In this document: positions 12,765 to 24,584 of the stretch, piece by piece
Layout: each line of letters starts with the position of its first letter
Numbering within the stretch: the first letter of the stretch is position 1
Assembly (NCBI GenBank): GCA_951406725.2
Contig: OX597815.1
Coordinates: 42,408,001-42,472,000 of the forward strand
Reading direction: 5' to 3'
DNA length: 64,000 bases
DNA from: Octopus vulgaris
Taxonomy: Eukaryota
Made by a program: the position numbers and the translations under genes
Notes under the pieces: generated by a model
Told to the model about the DNA's origin: nothing
Seen by the model: only the letters and a program-made list of their open reading frames with translations
The model's database searches: none

Positions 12765-13171
12765 GGATCTTTTCGGTTTGAACGGCAGTTTTTTCTAGCA
12801 GTGTCATATGAAATTGTCACCCATAATTATGACCCTAGTATCGATCTATTGCATTTCAATCTATTTTAGGGTGGGTTAGGGGGAAGGGTATCTTTTTTTC
12901 TTCACAAATGTAAATAAACCCAATCTGTTTCTTAAACGAGGGACATATTCATACGGCACAGAATGTTTTCACCTCAATAGACGGTCATGGATTGGTTGAA
13001 ATTGCAGAAATTGAAGAAAAAACAACAAATATCTTACAAACTATAGAATTTTCTTAATAAAGCTAAGAGAAAAAGATGTTTTATAAACACATTCTACCAG
13101 TATACGAAGCTTAACATTTTTTAGTTACCTAGAAATTATGTTAAAAACTGCCGTTCAAACTGAAAAGATCC
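12765..13171. mobile_element. MITE with ~29-bp TIRs and 8-bp TSD (Merlin-like termini)
   Basis: ggatcttttcggtttgaacggcagttttt ... aaaaactgccgttcaaactgaaaagatcc; TSD attttttt at 12757-12764 and 13172-13179. Confidence 0.85.
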
Positions 13172-13840
13172 ATTTTTTTCAATCCGTGGGGAACGGATAA
13201 TGAACATGTATTTCGCTTACTTTCATGTCAAATAGTGCCACCATTTCCTTAACCTGAGTCAAAACAAAACTGTCTTAAAATGTGCCAAGATTGTTTTATA
13301 AAATAAATCAGACTCCCGCCTTTTAAAAAGAAATTTGTCATGACCACTTCCCAGAAGACAAAAGAAATTCAGGCCCGTCTTTGCTTAAGGGACCACGTAC
13401 ATTTTCGGTAAAATCAAGCGTTAGAGATTTTTGCCTCGAAAAATCAGACGCATAACAATTTCCTACTTAATGAAACTGCTTAAGAGGTTTTTTCTCCTGT
13501 GGAAACGTCTGCGCTGAAACAATTCCTTCTTTTAAGTTTTAAACTTCGTATTATTAATTTGTTTAGAAGAACTAGGTCACACTGATTTATAGGAAACTAT
13601 TAACAAATATTTAACAAAAAATAGTATAGAGTTTTTTTTCACAGAAATGATTGGGTAGATTTTCGGTCAAGAATTTATAACAGAATTAGCAGCAGCCATT
13701 GGCTTAAGAAGATAATCAAATAAGGAATGCAAGTCGTTAATGTAAAATATGGAAAAAAAGAAAAAAAAAAAACGGATTAAAAAAATTATTAAAGATACTG
13801 AACAAAAATTTTCTCAGATCAGTTTAACATACATTTTAAT

Positions 13841-13999
13841 GGGTGTGGATGTATGGTAAGACGTTTGCTTCTGAACCTTGTGGTTCCGGGTTCAGACTCG
13901 TTGCGTGGCACCTTGAGCAATTTTCTGTTTCTATAATCTCGGGTGGGCTAAATCTTTGTGAGTGAATCTGGTAGACGGAAACTGAAAAAAATCTCGTCG

Positions 14000-14097
<98 letters not shown>

Positions 14098-14316
14098 CGT
14101 GCGTGTGTGTGTGCGTCTGTGTGTGTGTGTGTCTATATGTGTATTTTAAAGAGGTTAGTTGTGTAAGGCCGGAACATTGGGAAAAATACAATGTAAACTA
14201 TGAAAGGTAAAGAAAACCAAAGAAAGTTGCAGTTTTACCTTGTATTTCTATATTTCGGGGCTATAACCCCTTCTTCAGTGCATCTGGAAGAGTGAGTGAC
14301 GGAAAAGTCGTTGAAC

Positions 14317-14349
<33 letters not shown>

Positions 14350-14443
14350 ATAAAACGGTAAGATAACAAAAGAAAGAAAGAGACCTCAATATTATGTAAA
14401 TAGAGGAAATTTATCTATACAATATGTTACATTAATGTAACAT

Positions 14444-14502
<59 letters not shown>

Positions 14503-14775
14503 ATGTGTGTGTGTGTGTGTGAGTGTGTGTGTGTGTGTGTGTGTGTATGTATATATATGTGAGCATGTGTCTCTTTGTGTTTGTGTTTGCCCCTCACTGC
14601 CGCTTGACAACCAGTGTTGTGTGCTTATGTCCCAGTAACTTAGCGTTTCAGCAACAGAAACCGATTGTATAAGTACTAGGCTTAAAAAGTACATAAATAC
14701 TGGGGTCGATTTGTTTGACTAAAATTCTTCAAGGTAGTACTCAGCATGGCCGCAGACGAATGACTGAATAAAGTT
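13841..14775 (+). mobile_element. SINE family B (CORE-like tRNA SINE) split by microsatellites and an inserted hammerhead-bearing fragment
   Basis: Head tggtaag...gggttcag...gtggcaccttgagcaa at 13841-14000; tail ccgcttgacaacc...cagcatggccgcag..aaatgactga at 14600-14770. Confidence 0.75.
14240..14287 (-). ncRNA. Degenerate hammerhead ribozyme motif
   Basis: Minus strand CTGAAGA-a-gggg(ttatag)cccc-GAAA; cleavage triplet and stem I are poorly preserved. Confidence 0.45.
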
Positions 14776-15103
14776 AAAGATTAAGAAACACAACGGCTCA
14801 TCCGGAGATGCATCAAATTCAAAGATAGCAATATAAACTATTGAAGAAAATCCAGACCAAAATGGACTGAAATTAGTTGTAGCGCTTCTATTTGTTTTTA
14901 CAAAAGCAATAAAAAATAACATTTCTCAAGTTATTGATACAAATTCATTAAACAGATAAAATACTCTTCGTGAGAAGAACGTGCTTATTTACTTTTGCAC
15001 AACAAATCAAATCCTGGTTTAATATTTGCTAATAGTGATCTCAAGACAAGATCAATGTTCGTAATACTGGATCAATTTTTTGTTTTACTATCAGTCAACA
15101 TAA

Positions 15104-15692
15104 GGCGGCGAGCTCGCAGAAGCGTTAGCACTCCGGGCGAAATGCTTAGCGGTATTTCATCTGCCGCTACGTTCTGAGTTCAAATTCCGCCGAGGTCGAC
15201 TTTGCCTTTCCTCCTTTCGGGGTCGATAAATTAAGTACCAGTTACGCACTGGGGTCGATGTAATCGACTTAATCCGTTCGTCTGTCCTTGTTTGTCCCCT
15301 CTGTGTTTAACCCTTTGTGGGTAGTAAAGAAATAGAAATAGGTATTTCGTCTGCCGCTGCGTTCTTAGTTCAAATTCCGCCAATGTTGACTTTGCCTTTC
15401 ATCCTTTCGGAGTCGATTAAATAAGTACCAGTTATGCACTGGGGTCGATATAATCGACTTAATCCGTTTGTCCGTCCTTGTTCGTCCCCTCTGTGTTTAG
15501 CCCCTTGTGGGTAGTAAAGAAATAGGTATTTCGTCTGTCTTTACGTTCTGAGTTCAAATTCCGCCGATGTCAACTTTGCCATTCATCCTTTCGGGGTCGA
15601 TAAATTAAGTACCAGTTACGTACTGGGGCCGATCTAATCGAATGGCCCACCTCCTCCAAAATTTCGGGCCTTGTGCCTAGAGTAAAAAAGAA
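15104..15692 (+). mobile_element. SINE family A trimer flanked by a single TSD
   Basis: Same three-unit layout as 10476-11041; tatcagtcaacat at 15089-15101 and 15693-15705. Confidence 0.92.
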
Positions 15693-15869
15693 TATCAGTC
15701 AACATCAAAAATACCGATTCTCAGAATACGTTCAGATAAAAAGCAGAAGGGTTTCGCTCACTAATTTAGACATTAGAAATTCAATACAAAAGACAAGCAA
15801 AAAAAGAAAAAAAAATTTTTTTTTAATAGATAACTTAAGCTTGAGAGTTGAATCATATTCTTCCTGAGT

Positions 15870-18358
15870 TTTTAATGTCTGGTATTTTATTCGCTTTTTT
15901 TTCCACTATGAGGGGATTTGGGATCCAATCCATCTGATTATTGTCTAATTCTGGCAAAGCTATTCCTGGAATTTGATTTCTCGCCTTTCGAAATGATCAA
16001 TTGGTTATTGTTTGATCAAATCAAAATTCAATGCATATTAAAAAATAAATCATTCATAGATGAGAATATTTCCAATCCATCATTTTCTATTTAGCATTTC
16101 TACATATGTTTTATTTAAGGAAAATTTTGAATTTTAGAAATAAATAGTAAATTTTCAAAAATATTCGACAAATAGCTTTATTTGCATAACCAATATTCTT
16201 TGTGAGGCAATTCAGTTAAATTTGAATTTCTTTTAGTCATAATAACTATTTCAAAGCTCACCCATTTGAGAATCATCACACTTCTCAATAAAGATTCACT
16301 GATATTTGCTTTGAAGCGACTATTGAATGCACAACTTTTAACGACGTTAATAATTTCAATTGAAGCTTATAACATTACATTTTGATCCGCAGAAAATCTC
16401 TTGGACATTAACACCTTTTGGTGAATCATGCAATGAGTGAAAATAATTGCATTTTTGCGAACTGATTACCATGCAATTTAATTTTACTTCATAGCTGCTA
16501 TACCATGAGTACATATTTCAACTTAGTCATTCTATTTAAAGCCTAAATCACTGAAAAACGTTTTTTCAGAAATTTCGTCCGTTTGTTTTGAAAAGTAATT
16601 TCATTAATAGTACTTCACCAAGGTCAGCAAGTCTTCGTGAACACTATTCATATAATAATGTCTGACTTATCCCAATAATGGCGCTGAGTTTAATATCAGT
16701 AATGTTAGCCAATTGAATTGCAAATTTAGACTGTTAAAAATTCTTTTGCAATAAGTTGCTTGAAATGGACATTGTTAATTTATGACATATAACTACCAAT
16801 AGTATTACTTGACAGAGGAACTTTCCTTAATTCATCAATATACTTCTTCTATGACTAATTTCTTCCAGTTTAATTGCTGTTGCTGACACAAGTTCTATGG
16901 TTTTTAGATCTTGCATTTCACAGAAGCAGCTTCAAAAAATGTTTTTAAGTACTTTGTTATGACTAGAGAGTGTATATAATTCTAAAGATTGCAATAGCTT
17001 TTCCATGAATTTCTTTAGGCTTTCTGGGTGGAATTAACAATTCTTTAAGAATTTGTTTCCGTTATCAAATAATCGTTACAAATTAAGCAAAAAAACATTT
17101 CTTCATTATTTTTCCAAATAAAAGTGCATCACAATGCAGATAAGATTCGTTCTATTTCCTCATTTTGGTGCAGTATTGCGTTATACCTAAATGCCTATTT
17201 ATTTGCGATTTTATGGTACTCCTTGATGTTTGTGGCACCTCTGTGACATCATTATCATCCTTTTCTACGGATTTATACTTGGATATATTCAGCTGATCCA
17301 TAGGAAAAATATATCGCTTACATATTTAAAAAATAAAAATTACTGTGACAATTCTTGGGCAGGCCACGACGATTTCGTTCAGTAAGTGAACTGATTTTGA
17401 GTTATTCACAGTTGAAAGCAATATTTTTTATTTTCGCAGAACTGAAAAAATGTTTATATATTTTCTTGATTTTTCCTAACTAGTACTTTATGAATGAATA
17501 AGTTTATTGCTACTGATTAAATCTAAAATAAAATATCTTCCAAATATTTTATAGAAATAGATTCCCAAGGTTTCTCGAGTAACTTTCACGAATAAAAATT
17601 ATACTTATAATTTTTTTCATTTCGAATTTAAATAAGTTGAAACACGTGAATATAATTTTCTCTTCAGTCATTGCTGCTAAAAATAAGGAACTTCAAAAGA
17701 CGCTGCTAACTATCAGTAAGATATTGTTATCAATTTCTTTTACTACAACACAAATTAGGTAGAATAATTCTTCACAAAATAAATTTGTTTTAATACAAAT
17801 AATTTTTAACAGTCATTATTTATCAATATCTGATAATGTACTTAATTTTAACTATTTTTGATGTAATTTAATTTCAAAATAACCGGATGTGTTCATTTCA
17901 ATCGCAAAAAAATTACAACGACGTGCGTATAATGTTAACGAGTTTTCGTATCTCATTTCATTAAATTTTGTGAAACAGGATAGGAAAACTCATTACGCAT
18001 TATAATTTGTGGAAAAAAGTGCCTGTAAGCAGCTTCACGTGTTATACTTATCTACAATTTCATCTGAGTTCATGATGCAAAGACTTGAATTTAAATTGCA
18101 AATTAAAATAACTTGCGATTAAAATCGAGTAGTATGAAGACAAATATTGTAATAAAAAACGATACTTTTCCGTTATCTGAAATAATTCAGAGGGAGATAG
18201 TCGCCGTGGCTGTTCTGCAATCGCGTGGAATTAAAATAGGAAACGTTGTGTCATTATTTTAATATGACGGAACCTTGAATATCAAATTTAAAAATATTTC
18301 GCAAATACTCTCACGATTCACAGAATTTTTACACGCTTTCTTACTTTGAGAACGCCTG
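15870..18358 (-). mobile_element. Decayed hAT (Charlie/Buster, ZBED5/SCAND3-like) transposon
   Basis: Minus THCMIH at ~16421-16440 (hAT CxxH motif); FFCLICND zinc-finger remnant at ~17080; terminus caggcgttctcaaagt ending at 18358 next to gactagat (NNNTANNN target). Left boundary uncertain. Confidence 0.75.
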
Positions 18359-18481
18359 GACTAGATAGCTAAATGTTTGATTTTGAATTTTGATACTCAA
18401 ATGTATAATTTACTGAAATATTCTCAGAACTGTAGTTTGAAAATAAGAGGAGAACAGAAATTCACAACAACAGGACGAAAA

Positions 18482-19644
18482 TCTTTATATATATAAAACT
18501 GAGAATGTGTGTCTGTCTGTCTGTGTGTTTCCCTAAAACTTGAGAACTACACAACCAATTTCATTCAAATTTTGCACATGCCTTACTTAGGGTCCGGGGA
18601 GTGTCATCGGCAAAATGTTTTAAAACTTTTTGCCTAGGGCGAGCTCAGAGCAATATCATATCTTCTCCACTACGATTCCCTAAAACTTGAGAACTACACA
18701 ACCAATTTCATTCAAATTTTACACATGCCTTACTTAGGGTCGATGTAGTTTCATGGGCAAAAAATGTTCAACTTCTTGCCTAGAGCGAGCCCATAGCAAT
18801 ATCATATGTTATAAAGCTAACATCTGGAAATATCAATGCAACAGTATTTTGAGCAATGATTCAAACAAGTATTTTTTCAGGAAGAGAAATTGTACACATC
18901 AGAGAAACCCATATTCATGTAACATTGTCAAATTAGATAATATTGATAGGTTTGATTGTTAGGATATATGTTTAAAGTTAACAGCATTCATCTTTACGTT
19001 TATCAATTTGTTTTGCAAGATTCCTGATGTGAAAACAGATATTGTTGTACTTCGGGATGGTCATTTTATTTATTATTTAAATTTGTTTTGCCAAATAAAC
19101 ACACGCACTATATCTTTTTCTTCACTCGTTTATTGCTGTTATTTTATTATTCTAACGACTGTGTATTGTCCGGAAATCACACATCTGTGACTTCTTCAGC
19201 GACATTTTTCGTTTCTGTGTGTGTTCTTGCTCCACTTAATCCATTGTGACAGAATAGAATGGAGTAAGTAAAAATAAAAATGATAAATAAAATAACCATC
19301 CCGAAGTACGACATTTATCTCGTTTAAGTTGCAATTTAATTACTTCATTGGTTTCAAGTTTCTAATAAACACACCTTTGTTATTAAGACCATTGACAGTC
19401 AATAACTAATTTTCCTTGAAGCTCGAATGCTTATTGAAATTGTTGGAATGACATCTTTAAAATATTTCGCTATGCTCACCGGCATGTAATGTCATGTGAT
19501 AAGATCGAAAAAGGTAGGTTTATTTCTTGCATCTGGTTTGTTAAGATGCAAATTTAAAGACTTATTTTCTACATTTTAGATAACTCAAAGTATTAAAAGC
19601 AAACAAGGTAAATGGTGCTCGGAGATGGCACAGATGATAGCTAG
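18482..19644 (+). mobile_element. Non-autonomous Helitron
   Basis: A|TC start followed by tatatataaaa and a (ctgt)n tract; CTAG|T end at 19641-19645; internal duplication of ccctaaaacttgagaactacacaacc at 18530 and 18678. The 3' hairpin is weak. Confidence 0.6.
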
Positions 19645-19729
19645 TAATGGTTTTAAGAAATCTTAAACAAACCAGTGATGTTTTACAGAGACGTAGAATA
19701 TTTACAAAGATGGGAATTAAGTTGTCTTT

Positions 19730-19930
19730 TATATTTTGCTTGTTTTAGTCATTGGACTGCAGCCATGCAAAGACATCGCCTTCAAACTTTTACTCAACCG
19801 AATCGACCTCAGTACTTATTTTTAAGCCTGGTACTTGTACTATCGGTTCCTTTTAAGGGACGTATATAAGCCAACAATAGTTTCATGTAGTAGTAATGAC
19901 AAACCCAAAAGCCGACACACACATCTAGAG
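19730..19930 (-). mobile_element. SINE family B 3' fragment
   Basis: gtcattggactgcagccatgc...atcgacctcagtacttatttttaagcctggtact. Confidence 0.65.
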
Positions 19931-20033
19931 ATATACTTACACACGCATGCACACACATACATAAATACATGCATACAAATATATACATGCATATATATAT
20001 ATATGCACACACACATACGTAGATACATGTATG

Positions 20034-20078
<45 letters not shown>

Positions 20079-20159
20079 GAAAACATAAAAATGCAATATG
20101 TTTAACTGAAAAAAATATTGGTTCGAATTTCAAAATGGAAATCCCATTAATACTGTGAT

Positions 20160-22053
20160 GACCATATATTCGTTGGGTTTATACACATCTACTATGAAGG
20201 CGAAATGAAGATACAGTGTATTCTATGCTATCATATATTATCCATTGAAAGCATGAAGTTAACTAAACTTCACCAATACGTAGAAACGAACATGCACACA
20301 GTAAGCCAGTTGAATGTATTTAAAGACGGCAAGAAATACTTTCCCCGCAAAAGTCAGTAGAGAAACATAGTAGCTGGACGCGAAATACAAATACTGTGGT
20401 TGTATTCTGCGATGCATTTCTTTTTATTGGAAGGAGTGGAAAACCACAAGCAAGTGTGAAGTTAAGTCTTCCAATTGTCTTTAGAATTATGATATAATTC
20501 CATTATCAAGCAACACTGTCAAGCGACGACTAGAAAACATGTCAGATAACGCAAAAAAATCAGATAGTGAAAATAGTTTTTAAAAAATGAAAACAGATGA
20601 GAATTCCTTTTCCGAAATTCTTGGGATCGAGAGTGTTGCGGAGTTTGGATCAATTTGGATTTCGTAATATTTTTATATTTTGCATCTATAAAATGGGTCA
20701 GCTTGGGGATACATAGAGAAAAGAATCATTGGCAGCAAGAAACATGGCACAAAAAATTGAAGATAACACTAGAGAAGGCAGTGAAAACAGTTAATTTTAT
20801 AGAAACTAATCTGTTAAATTCTCATATTTTTGGCAAAGAAATGAGAAGTGCCCATGAACCACTGCCCTTGCATTTTCGAGTATGTTGTCTATTTCGCAGT
20901 AAAATACTTATTCAAGTTGAGTGATGAAATAAAACTGTTTTATCATGAAAAAATTATTCCATCGGAACAAGTGGTCCAATAACATTTAAGAGCTAACTGT
21001 GGTAGCATATACAGGGTGGCACAAAAGTAGGCCCTTTAAATTTCTTTTAAAACACACTTTATTTCATTTAAATCTCTATCTTACAATTAACTAAATTAGC
21101 ATAGAATAATGGTTTCATATTTCTTTTTATAATTAAGATCTAAACTGCTAATATATGAATGCGAAAGAGATAGTTGAATAGTTGTAAACCTACTTTTGGG
21201 CCACCCTGTATATCAGACATTTTCACCAAGTTGGATGACCTAAAGTGGAGCTTGTAAGGAAGCTCAAATCAGTAACGATTTTCAAAGTTGGAGATAAAGT
21301 AGGAACCATAACTATGAACTAAGACATGTGGTTTGAACGTCTTCAGAGAGGTGTATTTGAATCCTTTCTTGCACTTTGGAACTTTCTTGGATTGCCTGAA
21401 GATGACCTCTTTGCAAATTTGAAGAAATAAGAAACCTTTTTATTCAGCTCTTGCAAAGTTTAAAGAACAGTTTGAGGGATTATTTTCCTCTTCAAGATAC
21501 TAATGCTAATTAGATAACGGAACCATTTCATGAACATGTAAAAACTGTAAAACATTTAACTTTCAAATGAAGAAAATGATCTTGTTGAATTTTGATCAAC
21601 TTTCTTTCGGTACGGTTTAGTAGACTTTTGACTACATGTGAAAAGTAAGTACTCAGACTTAGCCTCCAATGCGCAGAAATATTTAATGCTATTCCGATCT
21701 ATATAATTATGTGAGAAGGCTTTCTCCCAGATGTATTATATAAAATCCAAATACAGAAGCAGGATGAATGCAGAACCTGATCTCCCGTTAACACTGACTA
21801 TTAGTTCACCAAGAATCCCGAACGTAATATCAATAAATCACCTCTTAAACAAGTAATCCTTTTTTAAATATCACCATTAATTTAATTGCGTACTTAATTA
21901 TATATATTGCAGATGAGCGGGAAAACCAGTTTGGTGTTAATTCACAAAATCAGCTTATTGCGTAAACAAGACCTTTTATAAACCTTGAAGCCCTTCCTTG
22001 GACAATTCATTCAATACAAGTAGATCTTGGCAGTGAAAAGGTCGAGAACCACT
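20160..22053 (+). mobile_element. Decayed hAT (Charlie/Buster) transposon
   Basis: KEMRSAHEPLPLHFRVCCLFRSKIL (decayed EMG-H--LL-H--VRWLSRG--L), VAYISDIF, and dimerisation-domain LCEKAFSQMYYIKSKYRSRMNAEPDL at ~21710-21785; Charlie-type end aaaaggtcgagaaccact at ~22036-22053. Confidence 0.85.
21012..21208. mobile_element. Tc1/mariner MITE nested in the hAT transposase
   Basis: TIRs cagggtggcacaaaagtagg / cctacttttgggccaccctg with a TA duplication on both sides. Confidence 0.9.
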
Positions 22054-23919
22054 TAACTAATACATTAAATTTAATTTCATGGAAACTAAAGACTGTCCAA
22101 TTCATAACCTGGTTTCGATTTCAAATTTTGTGCAAATTCAACTTAAATTAAATTTGAAATTACGTCTTCAAGTAAATTTACATTTTTGTCACAATTTGTG
22201 AGATTAATTATTATTAATAAAATTATAATAATATTTATGATTAATTTATAATTTTATTTAATTATAACTCATTAGGATTATATTTTTGCGTCTCAAATTT
22301 CATCTGAATTCCCTTTCCTTAGAAGGCACAGGTTACAGATATTTTCAAATATTTATATATGTATCTTATGTCTATATAATGAATTGCTACATGGAAAGTA
22401 TTGAATCATCACCCTTTCAATCAAGGAAGAATGCAATACGCTTAGTTTATAACACATTTCGTAATAGAACAGATGCGATAAATTTAGTAAAATTTGTTCA
22501 AATAGTCGTTCATTTCAATTAGAGAAGATATGTGTTTGCAGAAAAAAAAAAAACAGTGATCAATTAAGTATCCATGCTCAGTGAGAAAGAAAACTTAGGC
22601 AAAATATTGAATCCTGTTGCCATAAAGTAAAGATGAAGACAGGATGGACTGAGTGACTGTCATTATAGTTGTGAAATTTCAATTATTCCGTAGAAGAAAG
22701 ATTATTATGTTAGCAGTGAAAGCAATAAACGAAGGGCACAATTCTACGATGGTCTGGTGTTATAACATACCGTAATTACACAAAGTTTTCTATTAAATAT
22801 TGCCTTGAGTGTTTGTATAAGAGTAAAACTGCGTATGCGTGTGTATGCATTGTGTGTTGTGTGCATGTGTGTGTGTGTGTGTGTGTGTGAGTTCGTATGC
22901 AAGCATTGTGTGTCTTGTGTACGTGCACGTCAAATTTAATTTGAATTGAAACAAGTTACTATTTGTTCTGAAAGTATATATAGGAAATACATGTGTTTGA
23001 GTATGGCTGTATAAAGGAAGTGTATGTAACGGAAGCGAGCAGATTATTTACGATTTACGAGAAATACTGTAGTCCTAGACTACAGTACTCTTGAGACAAT
23101 ACTATGTAACTACCGTTATTTCATATCCATAAATAAAGACCGACAATGTGTTTATTCTTAACATCCGAATACAAATTCGTGAAGATTTAAATAGAAAAAT
23201 AAATAAAAGATTTCAAGACATATAATTGGAATAGGATGAAAGGATTTATTTCAAAGACCAAAGTTGACGATATATTGCAATTAAGAAGTGGAATCGCTGT
23301 TAGCTTGGTATGAAGTAGCTTGAAGGTTTCGTCAAATGATATTTTGGGTAAAGGTTTTATGCGATCAAAAGAAAAGTGCATTCTATATAAGATACAATGA
23401 ATTAAGGCAATACATTTTTATATTAATGAACATGAAGTCAGTCTCATATTATTATGTTGGAAGATAAGTTTAATGCTTCTAAAAGAATTCGAAATATGTT
23501 AAATGAAAAAAATCTAAACGAAGTTCCACAAAGAAGTCTCAATGTAATTAGCCGGCTGTGTGATATACATGCATACATACATGCATACATACCTACATAC
23601 ATACATACATACACACACACACACTCACACTTGCATACACACACTCATGCGCACACGCACACTCCCGCACACGTGTGCGCACACACTCTTCCTCGCGCGC
23701 GCACGCACGCACGCACACGCACACTCACACACGCATACACGCACAAACACACACACACTCTCTCTCTCACACACACACATTGAACTGCTTGTCTAGCCAG
23801 GATATTGCTCATTTGAATGTTAAAACGAGGAAATCGTAACGTGACCAGCGATATATAGCAACATCTGGTCAATCGCGTGATTGCGTTATTTATATATATA
23901 TATAAACCGGCCTTCCCCA

Positions 23920-23958
<39 letters not shown>

Positions 23959-24179
23959 TAGGGGTCTAATGCTCTTAGACATTTTGGGAGGCAACCAGAT
24001 CGAACCATCTCAAGTGTAACTGCCCGAAATGGTCGTGACTTCTGGAACTTGACCGAGGAAAGAAAGCCACGAATAACCCATCTTTTTTTGCCTGTCCTTC
24101 TAATTGTTGTTTCTCTTGTTCGCCTTTGTATCGTCTATCCTTCCGAATGATTAACTGTCCTCTATTGCGTTTTTGTTCC

Positions 24180-24210
<31 letters not shown>

Positions 24211-24357
24211 GCGGCGTACGTACACCCTTGTGTTCATTTACGGTAGGTATGTATCTAAACATTGTATGACTCTTACTCTATCTTATATATAATATACTCA
24301 TACATGTATGATATAATATGATATTAAATAATATAATAAAATATATACACATATACA

Positions 24358-24526
24358 TGTACCTACCTACCTACCTACCTACCTACCTACCTACCTACCT
24401 ACCTACCTACCTACCTACCTATCTACCTAGCTACCTATCTACCAACCTACCTACCTACCTACCTACCTACCTACCTACCTACCTACCTATCTATCTATCT
24501 ATCTATCTATATATCTATCTATCTAC

Positions 24527-24583
<57 letters not shown>
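24358..24583. repeat. (TACC)n-(TATC)n compound microsatellite
   Basis: Direct inspection. Confidence 0.97.
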
Positions 24584-24584
<1 letters not shown>

